A stretch of DNA of 64,000 nt from Acidimicrobiia bacterium (GTDB lineage: Bacteria; Actinomycetota; Acidimicrobiia; Spongiisociales; Spongiisociaceae): assembly GCA_011523635.1 (NCBI GenBank), contig WTGI01000013.1, forward strand, positions 17,177-81,176, written 5' to 3'. Numbering within the stretch: position 1 is the first letter of the stretch; each line of letters begins with the position of its first letter. The notes under the pieces are model-generated. The model was not told the origin of the DNA. It did not search any database and saw only the letters and a program-made list of their open reading frames with translations. The position numbers and the translations under genes are program-made. Positions 31,933 through 42,432 of the stretch are shown piece after piece.

Positions 31933-33417
31933 GTGGCGTTCACCACGATCGTGGGGGCGGCCCGCGCCCTCCGGGACGGATCGGTCACCTCGGTCGGGCT
32001 GGCCGAACAGGTCCTGCAACGCACCTCGATGGTCGAGGCCCAACTCCACGCCTACCTGACCCTCGATTCGGACGGCCTGATGGAAGCCGCCGCCCGGGCT
32101 GACGAGGAGTTGGCGGCCGGGAGTGATCGCGGACCGCTCCACGGTATCCCGATCGCCGTCAAGGACAACATGACCACCCGGCACATGGAGACCACGGCGG
32201 GTTCGAGGATCCTGTCCGGCTACGTCCCCCCGTACGATGCCACAGCAATCCGGCGCCTCCGGGATGCCGGCGCGCTGATCGCGGGCAAGACCAACCTCGA
32301 CGAGTTCGCCATGGGGTCTTCCACGGAGAACTCCGCCTTCGGGCCCACCCGTAACCCCTGGAACACCGACCGGGTTCCGGGCGGTTCGTCGGGCGGGAGC
32401 GCGGCGGCGGTCGCGGCCGGGATGGCCCTGGGGGGCCTGGGTTCCGACACGGGCGGTTCGATCCGCCAGCCCGCCTCGCTGTGCGGAGTGGTCGGGGCCA
32501 AGCCGACCTACGGTGCGGTCAGCCGTTACGGGCTGATCGCCTTCGCCTCCTCGCTCGACCAGATCGGTCCCATAGCTCACCGCGTCGAGGACGCCGCCCT
32601 CCTGCTCGACGCCATCTGCGGCCATGATCCCCTCGACTCCACCTCGTATCCGGGCGGGATCGAGCCGTCCCGGGCCCGGCTGGACGGGGGCCTGGACGGG
32701 GTCCGGGTGGGTGTGGCCCGCCGGTTGGGGGGCGCCGATGCCGTGGAGCCCGATGTGGAGGCGGCCTTCGACCGTATGGTGGCGGCCATGGAGGGGGCCG
32801 GCGCCGTCACCCGGGAGGTGGATCTCCCCTCTACGGAGCAGGGCCTTTCTGCTTACTACCTGATCGCACCGGCCGAGTGCTCCGCCAACCTGGCCCGCTT
32901 CGACGGAGTCCGGTACGGACTGCGGGTCGACGGCGTCACCACCGAGCAGATGATGTCCCGCTCCCGCGCCGACGGGTTCGGTGCCGAGGTGACCCGCCGG
33001 GTGCTGCTGGGCACTTTCGCTCTCTCGGCCGGCTATCACGAGGCGTTCTACGGCCAGGCCCAGAAAGTGCGCACCCTGATCCGCGAGGACTTCGCCCGCG
33101 CCTACCGGCAGTGTGACGTGCTGGTCTCGCCCACCAGCGCTACCACCGCGTTCCCGCTGGGCGACCGAACCGAGGACCCGCTGTCGATGTACGTGAGCGA
33201 CGTCTTCACCATCCCTTCCAATCTGGCAGGGCATCCGGCCATCAGCGTCCCGGTCGGCCTGGACCATCACGACCTGCCCATCGGGTTCCAGGTGATGGCG
33301 CCTGCTCTGGGGGAGGCGGTCATGTTCCAGGTGGCAGCGGCAGTGCAGTCCCTCGCCGGCTTCGACACCACCGTTCCGTTCGACCCCGCCTACGGACTGA
33401 GAGGAGGGGTCCGGTGA
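31933..33417 (+). CDS. gatA: Asp/Glu-tRNA amidotransferase subunit A (amidase)
   Basis: Amidase signature GGSSGGSAAAVAAG; 494 aa. Confidence 0.92.
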   Translation: MAFTTIVGAARALRDGSVTSVGLAEQVLQRTSMVEAQLHAYLTLDSDGLMEAAARADEELAAGSDRGPLHGIPIAVKDNMTTRHMETTAGSRILSGYVPPYDATAIRRLRDAGALIAGKTNLDEFAMGSSTENSAFGPTRNPWNTDRVPGGSSGGSAAAVAAGMALGGLGSDTGGSIRQPASLCGVVGAKPTYGAVSRYGLIAFASSLDQIGPIAHRVEDAALLLDAICGHDPLDSTSYPGGIEPSRARLDGGLDGVRVGVARRLGGADAVEPDVEAAFDRMVAAMEGAGAVTREVDLPSTEQGLSAYYLIAPAECSANLARFDGVRYGLRVDGVTTEQMMSRSRADGFGAEVTRRVLLGTFALSAGYHEAFYGQAQKVRTLIREDFARAYRQCDVLVSPTSATTAFPLGDRTEDPLSMYVSDVFTIPSNLAGHPAISVPVGLDHHDLPIGFQVMAPALGEAVMFQVAAAVQSLAGFDTTVPFDPAYGLRGGVR

Positions 33418-34862
33418 CCTGGGAAGCGGTGATCGGCCTGGAGACCCACGTGGAGCTGTCCACGGAGTCGAAGATGTTCTGCGGCTGCCCGGCCCGGTTC
33501 GACGCCGAGCCGAACACCAATGTCTGCCCGGTCTGCCTGGGACTGCCGGGTGCGTTGCCGGTGCCCAACCGGGAGGCGATCAATCGGATCATGCAGATCG
33601 GCCTGGCGCTGAACTGTTCGGTGAACCGCCGGCCGGTCTTCCACCGCAAGAACTACTTCTACGCCGACCTGCCGAAGAACTACCAGATCTCTCAGTTCGA
33701 CCTGCCGGTCTGCGTGGACGGCTACCTCGAGGTGGGCGGGGACCATCCCGCCCGGATCGGGATCGAGCGTGTCCACCAGGAGGAGGACACCGGCAAGAGC
33801 ACCCACCGAGGCGGAGACGGGAGGATCAGCGCGGCCGAGTACTCGTTGCTCGACTTCAACCGTTCCGGCGTGCCGCTGGTCGAGATCGTGACCCGTCCCG
33901 ACATCCGGTCTGCCGCCCAGGCGAGGACCTACGCGCAGGAGCTCAGGTTGCTGGTGGAGGCCCTCGGCGTTTCCGACGCCCGGCTTGAGGAGGGGTCGAT
34001 CCGCTTCGACGCCAACGTCTCGGTGCGTTCGGGACCCGAGACGCCACTCGGCACGAAGGTGGAGATCAAGAACATGAACTCGTTCCGGTCGCTGGAGCGG
34101 GCCGTCTCGTACGAGATCGAGCGTCAGACCGCTCGCCTGTCGAGCGGGCAAAGGATCGTCATGGAGACACGCCACTGGGACGAGGAGGCCGGCGTCACCA
34201 GGGGAGGGCGGATCAAGGAGGGCAGCTCGGACTACCGCTACTTCCCCGATCCCGACCTGGTGCCGATGGAACTCGACCGTGAGTGGGAGAGGGGGATGGC
34301 GGCCTTGTTGCCGGAACTGCCGAGCGTGCGGCGGGTGCGGTACGAGGAGATGGGTATCGACACCGCCCAGGCGGCCATCCTGGTGGGAGCCGAAACCGGC
34401 CTGTCCCAACTGTTCGAGGACGCCGTGGGAGCCGGGGCCGGTGCCGCTCAGGCCGCCAACTGGGTGACCGGTGAGGTCGTGGCTTTCCTACGGAAGGCCG
34501 GGATCCCATCGGTAGGAGAGTCGGCGCTGACCGGGTCGTCGCTGGCCGAGTTGCTGGGCATGATCCAGAACGGGTCGCTGTCCGGCTCGGCCGCGCGGGA
34601 GGTGCTGGCAGGAGTGATGGCAGGGGAGGGCTCTCCGGCAGAAGTGGCTGCCGGCCGCGATCTGCTGCAGATATCCGACACGGGCTTGCTGGAGTCGGTT
34701 GTCGACGAGTTGATCGCGGCGAATCCTGACGAGTTCGCCCGCCTCAGGGATGGCGAGCGCAAGCTGGTCGGGTTCTTCGTGGGCCAGGTGATGCGCAATA
34801 CCCGCGGAAAGGCCGACCCGAAACTGGCCGGAAGCCTCATCACCGAACGAGCAGGACTCTGA
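33414..34862 (+). CDS. gatB: Asp/Glu-tRNA amidotransferase subunit B
   Basis: 482 aa with GatB N-terminal and YqeY domains. Overlaps the gatA stop. Confidence 0.92.
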   Translation: MTWEAVIGLETHVELSTESKMFCGCPARFDAEPNTNVCPVCLGLPGALPVPNREAINRIMQIGLALNCSVNRRPVFHRKNYFYADLPKNYQISQFDLPVCVDGYLEVGGDHPARIGIERVHQEEDTGKSTHRGGDGRISAAEYSLLDFNRSGVPLVEIVTRPDIRSAAQARTYAQELRLLVEALGVSDARLEEGSIRFDANVSVRSGPETPLGTKVEIKNMNSFRSLERAVSYEIERQTARLSSGQRIVMETRHWDEEAGVTRGGRIKEGSSDYRYFPDPDLVPMELDREWERGMAALLPELPSVRRVRYEEMGIDTAQAAILVGAETGLSQLFEDAVGAGAGAAQAANWVTGEVVAFLRKAGIPSVGESALTGSSLAELLGMIQNGSLSGSAAREVLAGVMAGEGSPAEVAAGRDLLQISDTGLLESVVDELIAANPDEFARLRDGERKLVGFFVGQVMRNTRGKADPKLAGSLITERAGL

Positions 34863-34875
34863 CCGCTACGCCCCT

Positions 34876-34920
34876 AAGGAGGGAATCCGGCTAAGGAGGG
34901 CCGCCAGCTATTCCCTCCTT
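34876..34920. terminator. Hairpin (11-bp stem AAGGAGGGAAT / ATTCCCTCCTT) between convergent gatB and pgpA
   Basis: Direct read; begins 14 nt after the gatB stop. Confidence 0.6.
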
Positions 34921-34938
34921 GCGTTGGGTCCTTCGGTG

Positions 34939-35388
34939 TCAACCCGTGAGGCCCTGAACGATCCAGGCCGCGCCCAGACCCCACAAGCCCGCCACCACAT
35001 CGTCCGCAGTGATCCCCAGGCCGCCTGGCAAGGTCTCGGCCCTCCGCACGAGCGGGAACCGTTTGGTGATGTCGGCAACCCGGAACACGGCGAAGCCCAC
35101 CAGAGCCGGCCCGAAAGACACCCCGATGGTGGCGATGAACGTCCCGGCCGCCTCGTCCACCACGACCCATGCCGGGTCCCCTTCGTCGGCGAAGTGCCAG
35201 CTCGCCCACACCGAGAGCGCGCACACCGCCACGGCTGCCACAAGCTGGACCGCCCAGCCCGCCTGGCCGAGGAGGAGCGCCGGCACCAGAGCGGCCAGGG
35301 CACCCACCGTCCCGGCGCCCTCGTCGGCCCCCCGGAGCCGGCGCGGTATGAACCCGCACCCGAACCATGAAGCTACGACCCTGGCCAT
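34939..35388 (-). CDS. pgpA: Phosphatidylglycerophosphatase A family protein
   Basis: 149 aa PgpA-like membrane protein (VDEAAGTFIA motif). Confidence 0.7.
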   Translation of the reverse strand: MARVVASWFGCGFIPRRLRGADEGAGTVGALAALVPALLLGQAGWAVQLVAAVAVCALSVWASWHFADEGDPAWVVVDEAAGTFIATIGVSFGPALVGFAVFRVADITKRFPLVRRAETLPGGLGITADDVVAGLWGLGAAWIVQGLTG

Positions 35389-35446
35389 GGACGGGAGGGT
35401 AGATGTGGGAACCCCTGGCCTCGCCGGGGCAGCTCGACGGCTGGTG

Positions 35447-36169
35447 TCACGAGCCGGCGGTCTGGTTGCGCCGCATGCGCATGTTCAGCATCTCGACCAG
35501 CACGGCGAACCCCATGGCCGAGTAGATGTAGCCCTTGGGGAGGTGGGCGCCTCCGCCCTCGGCGACGAGCGAGACCGCGATGAGCAGGAGGAAGGCCAGT
35601 GCCAGCATGCGGATGGTCGGATGCTCGTTGACGATGCGCATGACCGGGCTCGACAACCACATCATCACACCCACCGCGATGAGCACGGCCGCGACCATGA
35701 CCTCGATCCGGTCGGCCATACCGACGGCCGTTATCACAGAATCGAGGCTGAAGACGACGTCCAGCAACGCGATCTGACCCAGAACACGTGCGAAGGTGGC
35801 GGCGGTCCGCTCGGCCCTACCGTCGTGGCGCGATCCCGGATACAGTTGCTCATGGATCTCGATCACGGCCTTGCCGAGGAGAAACAGGCCGCCGGCTAGG
35901 AGGATGAGGTCCCGCCCGGACACGCTGTGGTCGAAGACCGAGAACAGGGGAGCGGTGAGGCCGATTACCCAGTTGATGGCGAACAGGAGCACTACCCGCA
36001 TGCCGGCGGCCATTGCCAGCCCCACCTTCCACACCCGGTCCCGGGACGCGGGAGGCAGCTTGTTGGCCATCAGGGAGATGAACACCAGGTTGTCCACGCC
36101 CAGCACGATCTCGAGGGCCGTCAGGGCCACCAGGGACACCCAGATATCGGGCGAGAGCAGGCTACTCAC
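35447..36169 (-). CDS. TerC/Alx family integral membrane protein
   Basis: LEIVLGVDNLVFIS TerC motif; 240 aa; GTG start. Confidence 0.8.
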   Translation of the reverse strand: MSSLLSPDIWVSLVALTALEIVLGVDNLVFISLMANKLPPASRDRVWKVGLAMAAGMRVVLLFAINWVIGLTAPLFSVFDHSVSGRDLILLAGGLFLLGKAVIEIHEQLYPGSRHDGRAERTAATFARVLGQIALLDVVFSLDSVITAVGMADRIEVMVAAVLIAVGVMMWLSSPVMRIVNEHPTIRMLALAFLLLIAVSLVAEGGGAHLPKGYIYSAMGFAVLVEMLNMRMRRNQTAGS

Positions 36170-36295
36170 GAACGTAATGCATCAGGACCAGCCAGCAGGA
36201 TAACGCGCAGACGGCTTGGAGACCCCGACCCATCCGGTCCGGCCACCCGGGAACATCGAGCCGCTCCGGGTTTCTCTGTCTGCGGGGGTTCTATC

Positions 36296-37216
36296 ATGGT
36301 GCTCATGGATACGGCAAGATACATATGGATGGATGGTCGGATCGTTGACTTCGAGGATGCCACCGTCCATGTACTGACCCACGCGTTGCATTACGGCACG
36401 GGTGTCTTCGAAGGCATCCGGGCCTACGAAGCAGTGGGCGGTACGGCCGGTTTCCGGCTTACCGACCACATGAAACGTCTGGCCCGGTCCGCCAAGTCGT
36501 ACCGCATGGATCTCGAATACTCGGTGGACGAGATGGTCGAGGCTGCCAAGGAGGTAGTCCGGGCCAACGAATTCTCATCCGCCTACATCCGCCCGATCGT
36601 CTTCCTCGGCCTCGGGGCTCTGGGTCTGGATCCCCGCAACGCCAAGGTGCAGGCGGCGATCATCACCTGGCAGTGGGGCGCCTACTTAGGCGAGGAGGGC
36701 GTCCTCAACGGCATACGGGTGAAGGTCTCCTCGTGGCGCCGCTTCTCCCACGAGGCCTTTCCGAACGCCAAGGCGACCGGGACCTATATCAACTCGATCC
36801 TCGCCAAGCGGGAGGCGGTAACGGACGGCTACGACGAGGCCTTGATGCTCAATGCCGAGGGCTCGATCTCCGAGGGCTCGGGCGAGAACCTGTTCGTGAT
36901 CCGCGACGGCGTCATCTACACGCCGCCGCTGTCGGCCGGGTGCCTCGACGGCATCACCCGCAACTCGGTGATGACGCTCCTCCGCGACGACGGGTACGAG
37001 GTGGTGGAGAAGGTGATCCACCGCTCCGACCTGTACTACTGCGACGAGCTGTTCATGACGGGGACCGCGGCCGAGGTGACACCGGTACGCGAGGTCGACA
37101 ACCGTACGGTCGGTTCGGGCCGTCCCGGCCCGGTGACCAGGCGGGCGCAGGAGATCTACGCCGACGCCTACACCGGCAAGCTGGATGAATACACCGACTG
37201 GCTCGACTACATCTAG
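36296..37216 (+). CDS. ilvE: Branched-chain amino acid aminotransferase
   Basis: Fold-type IV PLP enzyme (MVLMDTARYIWMDGRIVDFEDATVHVL...). The track ORF's N-terminal extension is antisense to terC. Confidence 0.88.
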   Translation: MVLMDTARYIWMDGRIVDFEDATVHVLTHALHYGTGVFEGIRAYEAVGGTAGFRLTDHMKRLARSAKSYRMDLEYSVDEMVEAAKEVVRANEFSSAYIRPIVFLGLGALGLDPRNAKVQAAIITWQWGAYLGEEGVLNGIRVKVSSWRRFSHEAFPNAKATGTYINSILAKREAVTDGYDEALMLNAEGSISEGSGENLFVIRDGVIYTPPLSAGCLDGITRNSVMTLLRDDGYEVVEKVIHRSDLYYCDELFMTGTAAEVTPVREVDNRTVGSGRPGPVTRRAQEIYADAYTGKLDEYTDWLDYI

Positions 37217-37280
37217 TGGTCGACCGTAGGCGGTTCGGGATGCGCCGAGGGACGATGCAAGTCCCGACGGAGGTCATCTG

Positions 37281-37796
37281 ATGGGTAGGCAACCGAACAT
37301 CCGCCTGCGCTCTACGGAGCGACCCGTCGAAGACCTCGACCGGGCCCCGGAGCGACGCTGGAGCCCGACCCGCCCCGGCGAGATCACTTCTCCCGCCGAG
37401 ACTCCATCCGGAGGGTCGTTCGGGCGGCCGGGCCCCGACACCGGCTGGGGGCTACAGATGATCAGAGCGGCCTCGTTCGATCGGGGCCGGAGGCCCAGGG
37501 ATCTGGAGAGCTTGCTTTCCGCGCTGGTGGGCGCCCGGGCGTCCCGGGCCCGCCGGGGGCCTACCCGCCAGGACGTGGAGGTTGCGCTGTCCATCGTGGG
37601 GCTGCACGATGGCTATGCCCGGACCGGCGGCGCCCCGGCAGGGCTCGCCGAGGTGAGAGAGCGCTGGCTGGACGAGTTGGCGCACGATCCCTGGCCCGGC
37701 CGCTCGGCGCTCGGGTCTGTCCCCGCCGATCTTCTCATGGACGAGCCCCGCCGGGTTCGGGCCCGTCTCCGGGCAGACCCTTCGCTGGTTGCCTGA
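37281..37796 (+). CDS. Hypothetical protein
   Basis: 171 aa, Arg-rich, no recognisable domain. Coding status is uncertain in this high-GC context. Confidence 0.4.
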   Translation: MGRQPNIRLRSTERPVEDLDRAPERRWSPTRPGEITSPAETPSGGSFGRPGPDTGWGLQMIRAASFDRGRRPRDLESLLSALVGARASRARRGPTRQDVEVALSIVGLHDGYARTGGAPAGLAEVRERWLDELAHDPWPGRSALGSVPADLLMDEPRRVRARLRADPSLVA

Positions 37797-38184
37797 CCGG
37801 CCGGACGAGGGTGTCAGGTTGTTCTTTCTGTCCGGCGCTGGCCGGCCCGCGTCATGAGGACGCCCGCCCGCCACGGCCTGATCTCTTCCTAGGCTCGCCG
37901 ACCAGGGGAGCCGAAACCGCAGCAGCCGGCGGCGGCTCCGCCGGGCCCTCTCCCACCGCCACCTTTCCTGGGATGAGAGCGCGCTCCGCCGGGCCGGGCC
38001 CCTGGGCCCGCTCTCGATGTTTGATAACCCCTCGGGCGGTCGGGCTGACGTCGGAGCTCGGAGCTGCCGGGTATTTGGTGATCCCCAACATGGCGCGAGC
38101 CTGTGACAGATTCCACCCCGTCACGCCGAGAACGCGAAAAAACCTTCGGCAAACGGCTCGGCCACCACTAGGGAGGGTGCGCCG

Positions 38185-38943
38185 GTGAAGATCGTCCGCA
38201 TGCAGACCCCCGAGGGCATCCGCTACGGCGCCGTCGAGCCGGAGGGCATCCGCATCCACGACGGGACTCCGTTCGTGGCCTGGCAGCCGACCGAGGTGGT
38301 GGTCGACTTCCGGGAGGCCCGCCTCCTGTCACCGGTGTTCCCGACCAAGGTGATCGGCGTCACCGCCAACTACGCCTCCGGCCCCGACGACGCCGGCAGT
38401 CTGCCGGAGAGGCCGAGCCTGTTCATGAAGCCCTCCACGTCGGTCATCGGCCCCGGCCAGGCGATCGTGCTGCCCGCCCTGTCCGGCCAGGTCCACCACG
38501 GAGCAGCCGTGGCCGTGGTCATCGGCAAGGTCGCCCGCAAGGTGGCCGTCGAGGATGCCTCCTCGGTGGTACTCGGCTACACCGCCGGTAACGACATCAC
38601 AGCCCTGGATCTGCTCCGCGAGGAAGGGCAGCCGGCTCGGGCCAAGAGCTTCGACTCGTTCTGCCCGCTCGGGCCGGCCATCGAAACCGAATACGATCCA
38701 CTGGAGGACTTCTCGCTCGAGTGCCACGTGAACGGCGTCTTGCGGCAGGGAACATCGATCAACGACATGATCTTCGGGGTGGCCGAGTTGATTTCCTTCG
38801 TGACCTACGTGATGACCCTCCTACCCGGTGACGTGATCCTCACCGGGACCCCTCCGGGCGCGGGGCCGGTGAAGAACGGCGATGTGGTGGAGGTGTCGCT
38901 CGAGGGAGTGGGCGCCCTCACCAATCCGGTGGTTTCCGAGTGA
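38185..38943 (+). CDS. Fumarylacetoacetate hydrolase (FAH) family protein
   Basis: 252 aa FAH-fold protein. A GGGAGGG SD precedes a GTG start. Overlaps gltX (ATGA-type). Confidence 0.75.
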   Translation: MKIVRMQTPEGIRYGAVEPEGIRIHDGTPFVAWQPTEVVVDFREARLLSPVFPTKVIGVTANYASGPDDAGSLPERPSLFMKPSTSVIGPGQAIVLPALSGQVHHGAAVAVVIGKVARKVAVEDASSVVLGYTAGNDITALDLLREEGQPARAKSFDSFCPLGPAIETEYDPLEDFSLECHVNGVLRQGTSINDMIFGVAELISFVTYVMTLLPGDVILTGTPPGAGPVKNGDVVEVSLEGVGALTNPVVSE

Positions 38944-40415
38944 GCGGTCATCATCCGGTCCGGGTCCGCATCGCCCCGTCGCCGACCGGCTACCTCCACG
39001 TCGGCAACGTGCGGGCGGCCCTGTTCAACTGGCTGTTCGCCCGCCGCCATGGCGGTGTTTTCATCATCCGCATCGACGACACCGACCGGGCCCGCTCCGA
39101 CGACCGCTACATAGAGGACATCGTCTCCGGGTTCCGCTGGCTGGGTCTGGATTGGGACGAGGGTGTGGAGGTGGGAGGGCCGCACGGTACCTATCGCCAG
39201 TCGGACCGCTTCGATCACTACCGGGCAGTGGCCGACCAACTGATCGACATTGGACGCGCCTACCACGACTTCCGGTCGGCGGAGGAGATGGATGATTTAC
39301 GGGCTCGGGCCCGGGCAGAGAAGAAACCCCCCGGCTACTACGTACGGCGTCCGCCCGGCAGCGACCCGGACACGGCCCGCCGGCGCCTCGGGGGCGGGGA
39401 GAGGGCGGTGGTTCGATTCTCCAGTCCGGGCCGGGCAGTGGGCTTCACGGACGTGGTCCGGGGCGAGGTGCGGTTCGAGGCGGACGCAATCGACGACTTC
39501 GTGATCCTGCGCTCCGACGGCTCACCGACCTACCACCTGGCGTCCACCGTCGATGACATCGACTACGGGATCACCCACGTGGCCCGGGGGGAGGACCTGC
39601 TCTCCTCGACCCCCAAGCACATCCTGATCACCGAGGCACTCGGCGGGGAGCGGCCCGTCTACGCCCACCTCCCGCTGCTCTTCGGCCCTGACGGGCGAAA
39701 GCTGTCGAAGCGGCACGGCGACACGTCCCTGCGCGCCTACCGGGAGGGCGGGTACCTACCGGAGGCGGTGTTCAACTACATGGGCCTGCTGGGCTGGTCG
39801 CTCGATCCGGACAACGAGGTCTTCGGCCGCGAGGAGGCCGTCGCCGCCTTCGATCTGGCGGATGTCCAGAAGAGCCCGGCGGTGTTCGATCCCGACAAGC
39901 TGGGCTGGCTGAACGGCGTGTACATGCGGTCGATGGCCACGGGACGCTTCACCGATCTGGCGGTCGCATCGGTCGAGGAGGACCTGGGGCGCGACCTGGA
40001 CGGCGACGAGCGGAGCCGCCTGGCCGGACTGGCGCCCCTCATACAGGAGCGGGCCAAGCTGACCACCGATGTCGGTCCGGCGGCGCGCTTCCTGTTCTCG
40101 GACGTCACCTATGACGAGAAGGCCTGGCGGAAGGTGATGAAATCCGATGCCCGGCGAGCTCTGGCCGCCGCCCGGAGGATGCTCGAGGGTGTCGGGGACT
40201 GGACCGCCGGGAACATCGAGAAGGCCTTGCGGGACATGCTGGCCGCCGAGAGCCTCAACCCCCGCAAGGGTTGGCAGCCGATCAGGGTGGCGATCACCGG
40301 TTCCAACATCTCACCACCCCTGTTCGAGAGCCTGGAGGCTCTCCCCAGGGAGGTGGCTCTTGCCCGGATCACCGGAGCCATCGCACGCCTCGACCTGCCG
40401 ACCGGCGCCGACTAG
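38940..40415 (+). CDS. gltX: Glutamyl-tRNA synthetase
   Basis: HIGH motif (PSPTGYLHVGNVRAA) and KMSKS (KLSKRHG). Confidence 0.92.
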   Translation: MSGHHPVRVRIAPSPTGYLHVGNVRAALFNWLFARRHGGVFIIRIDDTDRARSDDRYIEDIVSGFRWLGLDWDEGVEVGGPHGTYRQSDRFDHYRAVADQLIDIGRAYHDFRSAEEMDDLRARARAEKKPPGYYVRRPPGSDPDTARRRLGGGERAVVRFSSPGRAVGFTDVVRGEVRFEADAIDDFVILRSDGSPTYHLASTVDDIDYGITHVARGEDLLSSTPKHILITEALGGERPVYAHLPLLFGPDGRKLSKRHGDTSLRAYREGGYLPEAVFNYMGLLGWSLDPDNEVFGREEAVAAFDLADVQKSPAVFDPDKLGWLNGVYMRSMATGRFTDLAVASVEEDLGRDLDGDERSRLAGLAPLIQERAKLTTDVGPAARFLFSDVTYDEKAWRKVMKSDARRALAAARRMLEGVGDWTAGNIEKALRDMLAAESLNPRKGWQPIRVAITGSNISPPLFESLEALPREVALARITGAIARLDLPTGAD

Positions 40416-40418
40416 GGA

Positions 40419-41678
40419 CTAATCATCTAGTGCCCGATCAAGGGCGTTGATCAACCGGTCGATCTCGCCTTCGGTGTTGTAGTGGATGAAGGACATCCTC
40501 AGCACGCCGGGCTCCGCAGGTATCCGCATCTCATCGAGGAGGCGCGGGGCGTAGAAGTCCCCGACGCCGACCATCATCCGGCTACGGACCAGTGACTCCG
40601 CGACTTCCGCGACCGGGCGTCGCACCGGGACGATCGAGACGGTGGGGGCCCGCCGGGTGGCGTCGGTCGGGCCGGCCACCCGTACGTCGGCCCGCCCTTC
40701 CAGGTACCGCAGCAGCCGGTCCGCCAGGTTCGTCTCGTGGGCCCGGAACATGTCATGGACCGCCCGGCCTCGCTCCACCGGGGTCGCAGAGGGTCCTCCA
40801 TGGTGGGTATACAGGTCGTCCAGGTAGTCGATCACCCCTGCGCACGCCGCCACCTGGGCATGGTCTGGTCCGGCCGGCACCAGCTTGAAGCGGGGCTGGT
40901 CGGCCACGAAGTAGTGGCCCTCGTTCCCGAGCTGACCCGCCAGGTCGCGGCGGACGTACATCACCCCCTGGTGCGGACCCCACGTCTTGTAGGCGGAGAA
41001 GAGGTAGACATCGACCCCCAGTGCCCCTATGTCGGGTAGGCCGTGGGGTGCGTAGGACACCCCGTCGACCACCACCCGGGCGCCGACTTCCGCCGCCCTC
41101 GCCACCACATCGGTGACCGGGTTGATGGCGGCCACCACGTTCGAGGCGTGCGGGAAGGCGACCAGCCTGGTGCGCTCGGTCATCAACCTGTCGAGATCGG
41201 CTAGGTCCAGGGTTCCCTTCTCCGGATCCACCCGCCACTCCCGTACCACGATCCCCGTGGCCTCCAACCGCCTCCAAACACCGGCGTTGGCCTCGTGGTC
41301 CTGCGTGGACGCGACGATCTCGTCCCCGTCCCGCCACATCGACCGGAACGCCCGGGCCAGGACGTAGGTGTTCTGCGAGGTGGACGGCCCGAAATGGATC
41401 TCATCCACCCCCACGCCCGTCCACGCCGCCATTCGTCGGTAGGAGTGCTCCATCGCCTCGGTGGCCTCGATCGAGAGCGGGAAGGCATGATCGGGTTGTA
41501 CCTTGGTGCGCCGGTAGAAGCCGGTCAGGCGGTCGATCACCTGCCGGCAGGCGTAGGATCCGCCCGCGTTCTCGAAGTGGGCCCACCCGGCGAGACGGGC
41601 GTCGGAGAAGGCGGGAAACTGGCGGCGGGCGAACTGTACGTCCAAGGGCCGCAGCGAGATTTCCGGCTCGGGGTTCAC
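40419..41678 (-). CDS. Aminotransferase class V-fold PLP-dependent enzyme (cysteine desulfurase-like)
   Basis: 419 aa; SAYKTWGPHQG PLP-lysine-like motif. Confidence 0.65.
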   Translation of the reverse strand: MNPEPEISLRPLDVQFARRQFPAFSDARLAGWAHFENAGGSYACRQVIDRLTGFYRRTKVQPDHAFPLSIEATEAMEHSYRRMAAWTGVGVDEIHFGPSTSQNTYVLARAFRSMWRDGDEIVASTQDHEANAGVWRRLEATGIVVREWRVDPEKGTLDLADLDRLMTERTRLVAFPHASNVVAAINPVTDVVARAAEVGARVVVDGVSYAPHGLPDIGALGVDVYLFSAYKTWGPHQGVMYVRRDLAGQLGNEGHYFVADQPRFKLVPAGPDHAQVAACAGVIDYLDDLYTHHGGPSATPVERGRAVHDMFRAHETNLADRLLRYLEGRADVRVAGPTDATRRAPTVSIVPVRRPVAEVAESLVRSRMMVGVGDFYAPRLLDEMRIPAEPGVLRMSFIHYNTEGEIDRLINALDRALDD

Positions 41679-41748
41679 ACGGGCGAGTTTGCCAGATCGG
41701 GCCGGTCCGAGCCGCCTGCCGTCCAGCTACCGGTCCGGCTCGGACGCG

Positions 41749-42171
41749 CTAGGCGCGTTCGAGCAGGACGACCGGGATGACCCGCGACGTCTTGGCCTCG
41801 TATTCCGCGAACTGCGGATAGTCCCGCTTCTGCCTGGTCCAGATCCGGTCCCGCTCCGCTCCCGAGGCGACCCGGGCGCGGACCCGGATCGTCTCGGCCC
41901 CGACCTCCACCTCCGTTCCGGGATTAGCCACCACGTTGTGATACCAGTCGGGGTTGGTGTCCGCGCCGGCCTTGGAGGCAAATACGGCATAGCCATCCGC
42001 CAAGTCCTGGTACGCGAGCGGTGTGACCCGCCGGGTCCCCGTGCGGGCGCCCGTGTGATGAAGTAGCAGCAGCGTCCTCCCTTCGAACATTCCACCCACC
42101 TGACCGTCGTTGGCGCGGAACTCCTCGATGATCGCCGCATTCCAGTCGTTCACGTTCTTCCAATCGTTCAT
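41749..42171 (-). CDS. Deazaflavin (F420)-dependent nitroreductase/Ddn family protein (DUF385)
   Basis: Start at MNDWKN. Family motifs RTLLLLHHTGARTGTRRVTPLAY and NPDWYHNVVANP. Confidence 0.7.
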   Translation of the reverse strand: MNDWKNVNDWNAAIIEEFRANDGQVGGMFEGRTLLLLHHTGARTGTRRVTPLAYQDLADGYAVFASKAGADTNPDWYHNVVANPGTEVEVGAETIRVRARVASGAERDRIWTRQKRDYPQFAEYEAKTSRVIPVVLLERA

Positions 42172-42432
42172 CCGGCGCTCCGATCCTCGTTCTGCTGGAA
42201 GGCCTGTCGAAGCCTGCGCTGATGATGCCATGGTCCTGTAACAACCCGAAGCCGGGTCCGTCGATGCACTCAGCAGTAACGACGGATCGCTGGCGAAGAG
42301 CCCCATCGGCGCGCCGAGAACACGAATAGTCAGGGCTAGGGTATGCCGGACCGGGTCGTGTACAGCAGTTCCGGAGGCCCTATGCGTGACGGTGCGGACC
42401 CATGATGAGGTTCCGGGTTAGGAAGGTCGGCG

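Noticed and set aside
31669-34409. Minus-strand ORFs 31669..33270 and 33390..34409 across gatA/gatB
   Set aside because: Antisense to gatA and gatB; Arg/Gly/Pro-rich artefacts.
36170-36295. yybP-ykoY (Mn2+) riboswitch expected upstream of the TerC-family gene
   Set aside because: I read the minus-strand leader and found none of the conserved GGGGAGUA-type core of that riboswitch, so no call was made.
35927-36295. N-terminal 123-aa extension of the ilvE ORF in the track
   Set aside because: The extension is antisense to the TerC gene and His/Gly/Gln-rich. ilvE homology starts at ATG 36296 (MVLMDTARYIWMDG).
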